Source of the DNA: Gemmatimonadaceae bacterium
GTDB taxonomy: Bacteria > Gemmatimonadota > Gemmatimonadetes > Gemmatimonadales > Gemmatimonadaceae
NCBI GenBank assembly: GCA_051859245.1
Contig: JBHYGA010000001.1
Coordinates: 1,085,622-1,149,621 of the forward strand
DNA length: 64,000 nucleotides
Direction: 5' to 3'
Position numbers and translations under genes: made by a program. Below the pieces are notes generated by a model. The model saw only the letters and a list, made by a program, of their open reading frames with translations, did not search any database and was not told the origin of the DNA. Positions 52,829 to 63,722 of the stretch are shown here, piece by piece (within the stretch, counting starts at the first letter, position 1; every line of letters starts with the position of its first letter).

Positions 52829-54031
52829 CTACTTCATTTGTACCCAGCTGCGCTCTCGCGTGCGGGTGAGAATGGCCGAGCCGCGCAGCGCACTTTCTAC
52901 GGCGCACTTGGACCAGAAGATGTCGGCCGTACCGGTGACTTCGTTATCGTCACTGTCAAGCACCGCGTTGCGCGCCATGATGCTGCCAAGCACTTTGGCG
53001 GTGCCGTTACTTGCGTCAATATCGTCACGTACAATGATGAGCCCCATCCAGTCCATGGTACCATTGATACGAAGGTCACCATTGACGAGCAGCACACCCT
53101 GACCGCGACTGTTGCCGTTCATGCGAAGGTCGCCATTCACATAAATGATCGGGAAGTAGTCCTTGCATCCCGCAATGTGACCGGCCGTCCGGAATGGCTC
53201 ACCCCAGTTTGTGGACACGTTGTAATTGCAGCTGGTCGGCCCGCCGACAGGAAAAGGCTGGTAGGTGCCGCCGCCGATCTTGAGGTCGGCGTTGGCAACC
53301 AACGAGTTCCAGCTTTCCGTGCCGTAGCGAACATACGTGTTGGAGTCCGCAGCGGCTGGGTCAGCGTTCGTGCCGTTGACCACGTTGCTTGGCTTCTGGA
53401 TTTGCACCGTAACGCCTGGCGCGTACGCAATAGCGAACGTATCGCGCCCGGGAATAGACGCACACTGGGTCCACCCAGCGGGGTTGGTATTTCTTCCGTC
53501 AACGTATCCGGCACCACGAACCCGAATGTCACCGGCGGTAACAATCGCCGCGCCCGGCGTGATGGTGGGGTACGCAATACGGACCAGCATGTGCGTCATG
53601 CGTTCCGATTCAAGGGCGGCATTGCCGATCGACGCGCGCCCGGTCGATACCACCCAAAAGGTGTTGTCGTTCAGGCGCGTGACTTTCACGCGTGCGGTGT
53701 CGCCTTGTGAAACAAAGACAGACGCCGAGTCGATTCCACCAAACGCCAAACCCGTTGGCGGCGGCAGATTGCGTGACCGCGGCCAGTTGGCGATTTCGCG
53801 ATTCAGTCCAAACTCCGCCACGGCAAACGCGCGCTGTTCAACAAGTGTGTTGCGTCCGGCCCGGAACTCATGCATGGAGGCGATCACCGCACCCTGTGAC
53901 AACAGAAGCAGCACTACCATGGAGAAGAGCGCCAGCAGCAGTGCGGCACCACGACGCTTTCGCGTTGTGGCCACGACGGCGTTCTCCGCCTGCGCTTGGT
54001 CACCTGACACTTCGTGATGTTCAGTGGTCAT
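52829..54031 (-). CDS. PilX-like minor pilin
   Basis: RRG-AALLLAL prepilin site lacking Glu5; AF.VAE.G motif. Confidence 0.75.
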   Translation of the reverse strand: MTTEHHEVSGDQAQAENAVVATTRKRRGAALLLALFSMVVLLLLSQGAVIASMHEFRAGRNTLVEQRAFAVAEFGLNREIANWPRSRNLPPPTGLAFGGIDSASVFVSQGDTARVKVTRLNDNTFWVVSTGRASIGNAALESERMTHMLVRIAYPTITPGAAIVTAGDIRVRGAGYVDGRNTNPAGWTQCASIPGRDTFAIAYAPGVTVQIQKPSNVVNGTNADPAAADSNTYVRYGTESWNSLVANADLKIGGGTYQPFPVGGPTSCNYNVSTNWGEPFRTAGHIAGCKDYFPIIYVNGDLRMNGNSRGQGVLLVNGDLRINGTMDWMGLIIVRDDIDASNGTAKVLGSIMARNAVLDSDDNEVTGTADIFWSKCAVESALRGSAILTRTRERSWVQMK

Positions 54032-54945
54032 TGGCGATTCCGGATAGCAATTCGAAAGGCGAGGGAATCTCGCGGTGTCGCATCGCCGCCCTTGTAGAGC
54101 GGACTGGAGCCGGGCACGCCGGCGGCTTGCATGAAGAGGTCCACGCGAGCAATGCGTGTGGCGCCCACGCCGGGATTGAGTTGCACGCCGAGGCTGTCAA
54201 AATACGTGAGGCGCATGCCGCCAATGGCCGGCACATCGTACGGTCCGCTTACGATGACGGGATCTTCCCACGCACCGTTCCGACGAACGGTCTGCGCGAG
54301 ATACCATCGATCGGTGTCATCTGATTTTTCGAGCGCGTACTGCACGTGATGCGCAAACCGCAGACCGGCGCCCACAATCACGGTGGCCGGCACGGCTTCG
54401 GCAACTACAAGACGCCAGCGCGATTTCGCCGCGTCGGCAAGGGCAGTGAAGGGTGCCCCCAGGCACTGCGTCGCATCGGGCGCAAACGAACTGATGGTGA
54501 GTGGAATCCACCTGTCGTCTTCAGCGCCGCGAAGCGGGCCTTCATCAAACGCGAACACGGTATCGCCGGGCTGTGGCTGTTCCGTCCATGACGTCAGTGT
54601 GTGGTGGCGCAAGTTGAGTGGCGGAAGAAACAAAGTTGATGCACCCGTACGCGCGCACACGATGGACGCGCCGAACGTCGCGCGAAAGCGCAGTGCATTC
54701 TCTGTAAATGACGAGACGTCGCCTCCAATGGACGAGAAACCACGAACGTCGGCCGGCACCATGCTCATTGCGGTGCGCAACTCGCGACGCACGCCAACCA
54801 TCTCGTACGTGTTCTGGAAGAATCGCTGCTGGCCCAGCATCGTGGTGGCCACGAGCGTGCCGATTACGGCCAGCACCACCATGGTCACGAGCAGTTCGAC
54901 CAGAGTAAGACCGCGGCGAGCGCGGCGCACGGTCAGTCTCGGCAT
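54028..54945 (-). CDS. PilW-like prepilin
   Basis: RRG-LTLVELLV. Confidence 0.8.
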   Translation of the reverse strand: MPRLTVRRARRGLTLVELLVTMVVLAVIGTLVATTMLGQQRFFQNTYEMVGVRRELRTAMSMVPADVRGFSSIGGDVSSFTENALRFRATFGASIVCARTGASTLFLPPLNLRHHTLTSWTEQPQPGDTVFAFDEGPLRGAEDDRWIPLTISSFAPDATQCLGAPFTALADAAKSRWRLVVAEAVPATVIVGAGLRFAHHVQYALEKSDDTDRWYLAQTVRRNGAWEDPVIVSGPYDVPAIGGMRLTYFDSLGVQLNPGVGATRIARVDLFMQAAGVPGSSPLYKGGDATPRDSLAFRIAIRNRQ

Positions 54946-55349
54946 GGGATGATCGTCTCGTAGAGAATGGGAACCTGACGACCCGGGACTCTCACGGTGA
55001 GTCGAATCGTTTTGGTATTGCGACCGTCAACAACTGTCCAGCTTTCTTCGACGGCGCGGTTCTCGCTGGAGCCCGACGTTGTGGCGCCGCCAGGTGTGAG
55101 CGACTGACACCCGATGCTCGTGAGCGAATCCAGACGTGCCTGCGCCACACCAGCAGCGACGGTTTGACGCATACCACCGCCGAGCTGCGTGGCTACACTG
55201 CCTGACGTGCTCAGCACACCAAAGAGCCCAACGGTGATCAACACCATGGCAACGATCAGTTCAATCAGGGTTGCGCCTCGACGCACACGACTGGTGCCCG
55301 TTCGTGCGATGCGCGTGCAAACCTGACGTTTACGCCGATTCAGTGTCAT
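54933..55349 (-). CDS. PilV-like prepilin
   Basis: RRG-ATLIELIVA. Confidence 0.8.
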   Translation of the reverse strand: MTLNRRKRQVCTRIARTGTSRVRRGATLIELIVAMVLITVGLFGVLSTSGSVATQLGGGMRQTVAAGVAQARLDSLTSIGCQSLTPGGATTSGSSENRAVEESWTVVDGRNTKTIRLTVRVPGRQVPILYETIIPCRD

Positions 55350-55840
55350 TGGCGGCAATCCCTCGGAAGGATGAGACCGGACGGCGAGATACACAGGGTG
55401 TCACTCTGCTCACCACTTGAGAGCACAAATCGCGTGATGTTGTTCAAGCGTGGTGTCACCATGCCGCGCGGGTCGTACACAATGCTGGAGACGCCGTCAA
55501 TCGACGTCAGTTTTGCACCGACAGTACCATCGAATCGCATCGGCCCTGCGACAACAACTTCTTCACGCGTCAAACCGGAGAGCACTGTGACGGTGACGTC
55601 GTAGCCGTCAATGGTGATGGTGGAGGGCTGTCCCTTTTGCACTGCTGCGGCGCGCGCGCTTGAAAACGCGGCACCCAATTGCAGGCGACTCGAACGCGCG
55701 GTGGATGTTTCGCGCATCGTGGTAAACTTTGGTACGGCCAACGCAAACATCGCGGCCACCACCGTCACCACGAGCAAGATTTCGATCATGGTGAACGCCT
55801 GGCGATTTGATCGCACGGGAAGCACTCGGGTTGCGGACAT
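55346..55840 (-). CDS. FimT/GspH-like prepilin
   Basis: QA-FTMIEILLV, ARAAA, YDPRG, ISPSG. Confidence 0.8.
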   Translation of the reverse strand: MSATRVLPVRSNRQAFTMIEILLVVTVVAAMFALAVPKFTTMRETSTARSSRLQLGAAFSSARAAAVQKGQPSTITIDGYDVTVTVLSGLTREEVVVAGPMRFDGTVGAKLTSIDGVSSIVYDPRGMVTPRLNNITRFVLSSGEQSDTLCISPSGLILPRDCRQ

Positions 55841-55971
55841 GTCATGCAGAGCGAACATGGTCATGTTGCTCAGACGAACCATGACACTGTCCTGCAACGC
55901 TTGCCTAGCGCACGGTCGTCACAGCGTGAGCGCGTAGCGTCACAGCGTGTTTCCGTGCGCCGGATCCGCCG

Positions 55972-57744
55972 TTAATTCGTCGGCGGAACGGGCGGACGTA
56001 CCAGCGAATCCGCACCCGTTGGCAATCGGGTGGCTGGTGGTGGTGCATTCAACTCGCCAGCGGCCGCATCAGCCGGCGGGGCGTTTTGTACGTCTGCGCC
56101 ATTCACCGCAGCGTCAGTGGAATCAGACGGGGCAGGCGCTGGCGCCGCGCCGCTGTTACGCGGGGCGGAGCGGGTTTTTTTCGCGGCCTCAACCTCGGCA
56201 TCGGCCAACTGGTCTTTGATGCCTATCAGACCCTTCACATTGGCGACCACCTCATTCACGGCGGCCTTGGCTTCCGCCGTCCGGCCGGTGGCCACGATGT
56301 ACGCCCAACCGGCAATACCAAACATCACCAACCATGGCATCACGCGCGGACGGCGCTTGAGCTTGGGCAGCGGCACCTCGCGCCCTGTCGCGGGAGTACT
56401 CAGGGTTGGGTTTGGCGCGTAGCCACTGTACACCCCCGACGGCTGGGCGGGCGTGGCGTAGGGCGCGCCGGGATACGCCGCTGGCGGATAGCCGGTTTGC
56501 GGATAGCCGGTCGGCGCGTAGCCAGGCGCCGGATACCCCGTCGGATATCCGGTGGGCGGTCCGCCAGCGTATTGCGGCGGATATCCCGGTGGCGCGGTGC
56601 TCGCTGGTGTAGGGCCCGCTCCGACGGGTGGCACGACCATGGTGGGGCGCACCGTCGGGTCATTCTGATCGCGCACACCGGCTGTGGGCATGCCCACCGG
56701 ATTCGAGATGGCGCCCAGATCACCGTGCGGCGTGCGCGACGCCACGCTGACCACACGTTGATCCAGCGCTTTGCGGTAGAGCGCCGACGTTTCCGACGGG
56801 GTCATGCTGCTGATCGCTGTGGACAGCTCTTCGGCGAACACACCGATGGAGCTGTAGCGCTCGCTCGGATCCGGTGCGAGCGCCTTGTCGAACACCGTCT
56901 GCAGCGACACGGGCCACGGCATGTCGTCACGCACTTCGGCCAGCGTACGCGGCCGGCTTGTGAGACGCATGATGAGGTTTTGCTTGCTCGACGTGGCCGG
57001 AAACGCATCCTTGCCCGTGAGGCACTGAAACGCCACGAGGGCCAGCGCATACAGGTCGCTGCGCGGATCGAGTTCTTCGCCCGCGATTTGCTCGGGACTC
57101 ATGAACTCCGGGGTGCCGATCACCAGTCCAGTGCGCGTCACACGCTGCTCTTCGCTCGTCATCGCGCGGGCAATACCGAAATCCACCAGCTTGACCTGGT
57201 AGGTGCCGTCGGCATTGGTGGCCAGCATGATGTTATCGGGCTTCACATCGCGATGCAGCAAGTGGCGGGCGTGCGCCGCCTCGAGTGCTGCTGCAGACTG
57301 CGCAATGATGTCGGCCGCGATATCCGGATGAATGGCCGCCTGACGTTGCAACATGGCGGCCAGAGACTCACCAGGAATGAATTCCATGGCGAGGTACACG
57401 AGACCGTCGTGTTCACCGAAGTCATAAATCTGCGCGACATTCGGGTGGCTCAGCTGACTCGCGTTCTCGGCTTCGCGCTGGAAACGCTGCGTGGCCTCTG
57501 GGTCGCCCGCCAGATTGGCGCGCAACACCTTGATCGCGCACTGCCGCTTCATGCGAATGTGTTCGGCCTTGTAGACCTGGCCCATGCCGCCGCCGCCAAG
57601 ACGCGACGTGATGCGATAGCGATCCGCGATGATGGTGCCGATCAGCTCTGCCTCGCCGCGAGCGGATGACAAGCGCGCTCCGTCCTTTGGACAGAACGCG
57701 ACGTCACTGTCGAACTGATCGCCGCAGCGCGGACAAGTGTTCAC
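55972..57744 (-). CDS. Hanks-type Ser/Thr kinase with Zn-ribbon, Pro/Gly/Tyr linker and TM
   Basis: CPRC..FCPKDG; LGGGGMG, AIK, HRDVKPDN, DFG, GTPEFMSPE. Confidence 0.93.
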   Translation of the reverse strand: MNTCPRCGDQFDSDVAFCPKDGARLSSARGEAELIGTIIADRYRITSRLGGGGMGQVYKAEHIRMKRQCAIKVLRANLAGDPEATQRFQREAENASQLSHPNVAQIYDFGEHDGLVYLAMEFIPGESLAAMLQRQAAIHPDIAADIIAQSAAALEAAHARHLLHRDVKPDNIMLATNADGTYQVKLVDFGIARAMTSEEQRVTRTGLVIGTPEFMSPEQIAGEELDPRSDLYALALVAFQCLTGKDAFPATSSKQNLIMRLTSRPRTLAEVRDDMPWPVSLQTVFDKALAPDPSERYSSIGVFAEELSTAISSMTPSETSALYRKALDQRVVSVASRTPHGDLGAISNPVGMPTAGVRDQNDPTVRPTMVVPPVGAGPTPASTAPPGYPPQYAGGPPTGYPTGYPAPGYAPTGYPQTGYPPAAYPGAPYATPAQPSGVYSGYAPNPTLSTPATGREVPLPKLKRRPRVMPWLVMFGIAGWAYIVATGRTAEAKAAVNEVVANVKGLIGIKDQLADAEVEAAKKTRSAPRNSGAAPAPAPSDSTDAAVNGADVQNAPPADAAAGELNAPPPATRLPTGADSLVRPPVPPTN

Positions 57745-57862
57745 ATCGAGCGGGTAGGGGAGGGGGCTTCTGAGGCGAAGCACAGTGGGGCGCCCGCCGT
57801 GGCGAACGCCCCACTCTACCTTGATCAGACGCCTAACTCAGACCAGACGTCTCAATAGAAAG

Positions 57863-57935
57863 CTCCCGAGGACGGACTCGAACCGCCGACCCGGTGATTA
57901 ACAGTCACCTGCTCTACCAGCTGAGCTACTCGGGA
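57863..57935 (-). tRNA. tRNA-Asn(GTT)
   Basis: TCCCGAG/CTCGGGA acceptor, loop CTGTTAA, GTTCGAG T-loop. Confidence 0.95.
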
Positions 57936-57969
57936 AGATCCCGAATAGTCATCAACCGGCGCGTCCTCG

Positions 57970-60873
57970 TCAAGCGTTGCGTCGCGATGTGGTGCGACGA
58001 GCTGCCGGTGCGCGCGTAGTCAGCGAGGGCGCAGGCACGCCACCGGGAGGCAACACCGTACGTAACCATTCGCCCGTATGAGAGCGCGCCTCGGCGATCA
58101 CGGCCTCGGGCCGACCCATGGCCACCAGCGTGCCGCCACCACTTCCTCCCTCCGGGCCCATGTCAATGATCCAGTCGGCGAGTTTGATCACGTCGAGATT
58201 ATGCTCCACCAGCAGCAGCGTGTGCCCGTGATCGAGCAGACGATCAAAGACGGTGCTGAGCCGACGGATGTCTTCCGGGTGCAGGCCCGTGGTGGGCTCG
58301 TCCATGATGTACAAACGCTTGCCCGCGCCTTTCGCCGTGAGCGCCAGCTCGCGCGCAATCTTCAAACGCTGGGCTTCGCCGCCCGAGAGCGTGGTGGCCG
58401 GCTGCCCGAGACGCAAATACCCGAGCCCGACCTGCTGCACGTGCCAGAGGGCTTGCGCGAGTTTGTCCTCGCGAGGGAACGCGCGAATCGCTTCATCAAC
58501 GGTGAGCTGCAACACGTCGTGAATATTGCGGCCGCGCACCGTGACCTCGAGCACCTCCGCTTTAAAGCGACGGCCACCACACGCTTCACATGGCACGAAC
58601 ACATCGGCCATGAACACCATTTCCACTTCAAGCGCGCCCGCGCCTTCGCACGTATCGCACCGGCCGCCAGCCACGTTAAACGAAAAATGTCCAGGGCCGT
58701 ACCCGCGTTGACGCGCGAGTGGGGCATCGGCGAACAGCTTGCGAATATCGTCGTACGCTTTCACGTACGTGACGGGATTCGATCGCGGTGAACGACCAAT
58801 CGGACTCTGGTCCACGAGCACCACCGCATCCAGTGCTTCGACACCGTCAAGCGCGGTGTACGTGCCGACAGTTTCGCCGAGATGTTCCTTGGCCGAACTC
58901 TCGCCGTCAAAGTGTGATTCCAGTGCGCGATACAACACGTCGTGCACCAGTGTGCTCTTGCCAGATCCACTCACGCCGGTCACCACGGTGAGCGCGCCGA
59001 GCGGAATCTGCACATCAACGCCGTGCAGGTTGTGCGCAGCCGCGCCCTTCAACGTAAGCCAGCGCGGACCCACCGGCCGGCGGACTTCCGGGAGCGGAAT
59101 TGTGCGCGCACCGGTGAGATACTGTCCCGTGAGCGGGCTTTCGCCGGCCAGTGAGAGTGGACCGCTATACACCACCTGTCCGCCGTACTCACCCGCACCG
59201 GGGCCGAGTTCGATCATGTGATCAGCCGTGCGAATTGCGTCGAGATCATGCTCGACCATCACCACGGTATTGCCACCATCGCGCAAGCGATGCAACAAGC
59301 CGAGCAGCCGCTCCATATCGCGTGGATGCAAACCAATCGATGGCTCATCCAGCACATAGAGCGCATCCACCAGTGCGGCGCCCAGTGCATTGGCCAGACT
59401 GATGCGCTGCGCTTCGCCGCCGGACAGCGTGCGCGTGGCGCGATCAAGCGTGAGATAGGTGAGTCCAACGTCGCACAAAAAACGCGTCCGGGCGCGTGCT
59501 TCACGCAGCACGGTGTCGGCCACCTTCTGTTCCGACGGCGTGAACTGCAACGTGTCAAACCATTGGTGGAGCGCGTCGATGGGCAGCACGGTAACATCAC
59601 TGATGCGCCGGTTGTTCACGCGCACCGCCAGTGCGTCAGGCTGCAGTCGGGCACCGTCACAATCGGGACACGGCGTCGCGCTCTGATACTGTCGCAGGAA
59701 CACGCGGATGTACTGCTTGTAGCGCTTCGCTTCGAGTGCCACGAGAAACGGTACAATCCCCACGTACGGTCGCTTGCTGCCGCGGAGGAACTGTTCGCGC
59801 GCCGCCTGTGGCAACCGTCGCCACGGTACGTCGGGATCAACGCCGAGTGTGCGTGCGAAATCCAGCACCATGCGGCGCTGTTTCTCGTAACGCGGTTTGG
59901 TCCACGGATCGATTGCGCCGTCACGGAGCGATCGCTCGTGATCTGGCACGATCAGTTTTTCGTCGTATCCGAGTACGGCACCAAATCCATTGCACGTTGC
60001 ACACGCGCCGCGCGGATTATTGAACGAAAAGAGTTGCGGAGTGGGCTGCGGCGCCCGTGTGCCGTCGTCGGGACACTCAAATCGCTCGGTGTATCGCAGT
60101 CGTGTGACGAGTTGCTCTGCGTCACGTCCGCTGTGTCCCGCGGGCGCCGTAATGGCTTCGGGAAACAGCAGGACAACATCGCCGTCGCCTTCGCGAAACG
60201 CGGTTTGCACGGCATCGGCCAGACGCGCGCGCTGCTCGGGATCCACCGCGAGGCGATCAATCACCACCAGCACGTCATCGGAGGCGGCCAGATCCCGATC
60301 GGCCAGCTCATCGAGATGCAACACCGTGCCCTGCACAGCAACGCGCACGAATCCGCGTGCCCGCAGATTTTCAACGAGCACATCGTGCGTGATCAGTTCG
60401 GAGCGAATCAGCGGAGCCGCCACCAGAAAGCGCGTTCCGGTGGGGAGGCTCAAGATAGCCGAACACACGGACTCGACGGAGTCGGGATTGAGTTCACGAT
60501 CGCACACGCGGCAATACGTGCGTCCGACGCGCGCCCACAACAGTCGGAGATAGTCGTAGATCTCCGTACCCGTGCCCACCGTTGAGCGCGATGACCGAGT
60601 CGGGTTCGTTTGTTCGATCGCGACCGCCGGCGAGATGCCTTCGATGTAGTCCACATCGGGCTTCTCCATGCGCTCCAGAAACTGACGCGCGTACGCGGAC
60701 AGCGATTCGACATATCGCCGCTGCCCTTCGGCGTACAGCGTGTCAAACGCGAGTGATGATTTGCCGGATCCCGACAGACCGGTGATCACGGTGAGCGCGG
60801 CGCGCGGAATGTCCACGTCGATGCCGCGCAGATTATGCTGGCGGGCACCGCGAATTCGGATGAAGTCCTTCAC
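57970..60873 (-). CDS. uvrA: Excinuclease ABC subunit A
   Basis: GLSGSGKSSLAFDTLYAEGQRRY, two LSGGE motifs, Zn fingers. Confidence 0.95.
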   Translation of the reverse strand: MKDFIRIRGARQHNLRGIDVDIPRAALTVITGLSGSGKSSLAFDTLYAEGQRRYVESLSAYARQFLERMEKPDVDYIEGISPAVAIEQTNPTRSSRSTVGTGTEIYDYLRLLWARVGRTYCRVCDRELNPDSVESVCSAILSLPTGTRFLVAAPLIRSELITHDVLVENLRARGFVRVAVQGTVLHLDELADRDLAASDDVLVVIDRLAVDPEQRARLADAVQTAFREGDGDVVLLFPEAITAPAGHSGRDAEQLVTRLRYTERFECPDDGTRAPQPTPQLFSFNNPRGACATCNGFGAVLGYDEKLIVPDHERSLRDGAIDPWTKPRYEKQRRMVLDFARTLGVDPDVPWRRLPQAAREQFLRGSKRPYVGIVPFLVALEAKRYKQYIRVFLRQYQSATPCPDCDGARLQPDALAVRVNNRRISDVTVLPIDALHQWFDTLQFTPSEQKVADTVLREARARTRFLCDVGLTYLTLDRATRTLSGGEAQRISLANALGAALVDALYVLDEPSIGLHPRDMERLLGLLHRLRDGGNTVVMVEHDLDAIRTADHMIELGPGAGEYGGQVVYSGPLSLAGESPLTGQYLTGARTIPLPEVRRPVGPRWLTLKGAAAHNLHGVDVQIPLGALTVVTGVSGSGKSTLVHDVLYRALESHFDGESSAKEHLGETVGTYTALDGVEALDAVVLVDQSPIGRSPRSNPVTYVKAYDDIRKLFADAPLARQRGYGPGHFSFNVAGGRCDTCEGAGALEVEMVFMADVFVPCEACGGRRFKAEVLEVTVRGRNIHDVLQLTVDEAIRAFPREDKLAQALWHVQQVGLGYLRLGQPATTLSGGEAQRLKIARELALTAKGAGKRLYIMDEPTTGLHPEDIRRLSTVFDRLLDHGHTLLLVEHNLDVIKLADWIIDMGPEGGSGGGTLVAMGRPEAVIAEARSHTGEWLRTVLPPGGVPAPSLTTRAPAARRTTSRRNA

Positions 60874-60926
60874 AAAGTTGTCTCCACCCGAAGAAAACTA
60901 TCGGGAGCACGCGCTAGATTCCGGCC

Positions 60927-62807
60927 ATGGCGGCGAGAACTTTGGCGGACGACGAAACTCGGGGACGGGCCTACGACGCGCGACTGGCGCGTCGGCTCTT
61001 CGCGTACGTGCGTCCGTGGCGTGGGCTGGTGGTGGCGGCCGTGTTGCTCATCACCATTCAGGCGGGATTGCAGCTCGTGGGCCCGCTGCTCACGCGTTGG
61101 GTGATCGACACCGCCCTGCCAGCACGTGACACCAGTGTCGTGACAATGGCGGCGGCCGCTTTTGCCGTGGTGCTCGTCCTGCAGTTTGCGATCACGTACG
61201 GGGAAACGCTGTTGACCGCGTTACTTGGGCAACGCGTGATGCGGGATCTGCGACAGGAACTGTTCGCGCACATGCAACGATTGCCCGTGAGCTTTTATGA
61301 TCGCTCGCCGGTCGGTCGGTTGGTCACGCGCACCACCAGCGATGTCGAAGCACTGAACGAACTCTTTACGTCCGGTGTGGTGGCCGGACTTGGTGATCTG
61401 TTCACGCTGGCCGCGATCAGCATGGTCATGTTGTGGATCGACTGGAAACTCGCGTTGGCCGCCTTTCTGGTCATTCCGTTGGTGTTCCTGGTGTCGCGGG
61501 TGTTCCAGACGTATGTGCGCAGTTCGTATCGCGAGATTCGCACACGATTGGCGCAGCTGAACGCGTTTCTGCAGGAGCGACTGGCAGGAATTCGCGTGGT
61601 CCAGCTGTTCGGTCGGGAGCGCGACGAGCGCGCGCGGTTTGACGAGTTGAACGCGGCCCATCTCGACGCGCATCTCAAGTCGATTCGTGTGTACGCGCTC
61701 TACTTTCCGGCCATTGAGTTTCTCACCACACTGGCGCTCGCGAGTTTGATTGTCTCGAGCGGCGGTCGCGTGCAGGACGGCGCGCTCACGGTGGGCACGG
61801 TCGCGGCATTCCTGCAGCTGGTGCGTCGCTTCTTTCAGCCGCTACAGGACCTGTCCGAAAAGTTCAACATTCTGCAGGCGGCCATGGCGGCGTCTGAGCG
61901 CATCTTCACCCTGCTCGATACGCCGGCCGCGCCAGGCACGGCGCCAACGCCTGATCGTGATGTGCAGGTTGCGGCGCTTCGCGAGCGAGGCGTGACCGTC
62001 ACCTTCGACGACGTCTGGTTCCATTACGAGTCAGCGCAGGGCGTCTCTGACGACGCGATCGGCGCCGATGCGCGCGGGCCGTCGGGTGGCGGCGTGCAAT
62101 GGGTCCTGCGCGGCGTGTCGTTCACCGTGTCGCCCGGTGAGACGATTGCGCTGGTCGGCCACACGGGCGCCGGCAAATCCACGATTGTGAACCTGCTGCT
62201 GCGCTTCTACGAGCCGCAGCGGGGGCGCGTGTTGCTCAATGGCGAGGATATCCGGGAGATCCCGCTCGATGTACTGCGCGCCGTGATGGGCTACGTACAG
62301 CAGGACATCTTTCTCTTTGCGGGAGACGTGGCGGGCAACATCCGTCTTTCGGCCCCGTTGGATCAGGCCGCGCTTGAGCGTGCCGCAGCTCGCGTGGGCG
62401 CCGATCGGATTATTGCCGGCCTTCCGGGTGGCTGGCAGCACGAGCTCTCGGAGCGCGGGGCCGGCGTGTCGGTGGGTGAGCGCCAGCTGTTGGCGTTTGC
62501 GCGCGCTGTGGCCGCCGATCCCGCGCTGCTCATTCTCGACGAGGCCACGAGCGCCGTGGATTCCGAGATTGAAGCCGACATCCAGCGGGCCGTGGCCACG
62601 CTCATGCAGGGGCGAACCACGATCGCGATCGCGCATCGGCTGAGCACCATCGCCGACGCCGATGAAATCCTGGTCCTGCATCACGGCGAGGTGGTGGAAC
62701 GAGGGGCGCACCGCGAGCTATTAGCGGCGGCCGGACAGTACGAGCGCCTCTTCCGCCTCGAAAGCGGAGTCGCTCCGCACTCGGCAATTGAAGTGCCGAC
62801 CTCGTAA
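60927..62807 (+). CDS. ABC exporter, fused permease/ATPase (MdlB/MsbA-like)
   Basis: TMD plus GHTGAGKST, SVGERQ, ILDEATS, IAHRLST. Confidence 0.94.
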   Translation: MAARTLADDETRGRAYDARLARRLFAYVRPWRGLVVAAVLLITIQAGLQLVGPLLTRWVIDTALPARDTSVVTMAAAAFAVVLVLQFAITYGETLLTALLGQRVMRDLRQELFAHMQRLPVSFYDRSPVGRLVTRTTSDVEALNELFTSGVVAGLGDLFTLAAISMVMLWIDWKLALAAFLVIPLVFLVSRVFQTYVRSSYREIRTRLAQLNAFLQERLAGIRVVQLFGRERDERARFDELNAAHLDAHLKSIRVYALYFPAIEFLTTLALASLIVSSGGRVQDGALTVGTVAAFLQLVRRFFQPLQDLSEKFNILQAAMAASERIFTLLDTPAAPGTAPTPDRDVQVAALRERGVTVTFDDVWFHYESAQGVSDDAIGADARGPSGGGVQWVLRGVSFTVSPGETIALVGHTGAGKSTIVNLLLRFYEPQRGRVLLNGEDIREIPLDVLRAVMGYVQQDIFLFAGDVAGNIRLSAPLDQAALERAAARVGADRIIAGLPGGWQHELSERGAGVSVGERQLLAFARAVAADPALLILDEATSAVDSEIEADIQRAVATLMQGRTTIAIAHRLSTIADADEILVLHHGEVVERGAHRELLAAAGQYERLFRLESGVAPHSAIEVPTS

Positions 62808-62927
62808 CGCTTGCCAACCCACGCGACTAGCCCGTAAGTTCGGCGTAGAGAGCGAGCAGCGGGCGGGGCCTTAGGGACCGTTCGCCGCCTCGCAGCCCTC
62901 CGTACCGGGACCCGATCGACCAACCTC

Positions 62928-63722
62928 GTGCAGCTATCCGTCGCCGCCGGCACTGATGTCGGGCGAATCCGCGCAGGCAATGAAGACAGCCTTTATGCCG
63001 ACGCCGATCAAGAGCGTGGGCTCTTCATCGTCGCTGATGGCATGGGAGGTCATGCCGCTGGTGAAGTCGCCAGCGAAATGGCCGTGCAGATCGTTGCACG
63101 CGAACTTGCCGAAGTGCGTGATGTCGCCAGTGCGCAGGCCATGCAAGTCATGGCTGAAGCGCTCCGTCAGGCTAATCGCGCCATTTTTGAGCGCACCATT
63201 GTAGAAGCCGACAAGCAAGGCATGGGCACTACTGCTTCATGTCTGTTGCTTGGTCAGTCGCACTGGGTGATCGGTCACATTGGTGACTCTCGTATCTACC
63301 TGCTACGGAACGGCGTGTTCCGTCAGGTGACGAAAGATCATTCGTACGTGCAGGAGCAGGTGGACGCCGGTTTCCTTACGCCGGAACAGGCGCGGTATCA
63401 CCCGTACAGCAACGTGATCACGCGGTGTGTTGGCGCGAACGCTGCTGTGGAGGCCGATATTCTGCATGGTGAGTTGTTGCCGGGCGATGCGTTCCTGCTC
63501 GCCTCTGACGGCCTCACCGGTATGGTCGACGACCCGCATCTGCATAAGCTCATGGAGACGCGTGGCACGCCCGGTCAACAGATCGGCGCCATGATTACCG
63601 ACGCCAATCGTCGTGGTGGGCTGGATAACATCACGGCCATTGTCGTGCAGGTGATTTCGGTTTCACCGGCGCCGAGTACGCGTCCCACGACAGACGAACA
63701 TCCCGTTCCCAGTCATGGCTGA
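62928..63722 (+). CDS. PP2C-family Ser/Thr phosphatase
   Basis: NED, VADGMGGH, MGTT, HIGDSR, SDGL, GGLDN; upstream TTGCCA-18 bp-TAAGTT. Confidence 0.94.
   Translation: MQLSVAAGTDVGRIRAGNEDSLYADADQERGLFIVADGMGGHAAGEVASEMAVQIVARELAEVRDVASAQAMQVMAEALRQANRAIFERTIVEADKQGMGTTASCLLLGQSHWVIGHIGDSRIYLLRNGVFRQVTKDHSYVQEQVDAGFLTPEQARYHPYSNVITRCVGANAAVEADILHGELLPGDAFLLASDGLTGMVDDPHLHKLMETRGTPGQQIGAMITDANRRGGLDNITAIVVQVISVSPAPSTRPTTDEHPVPSHG

Noticed and set aside
56086..60585. Long plus-strand ORFs of 527 aa and 455 aa
   Set aside because: Antisense to the kinase and uvrA; expected in high-GC DNA
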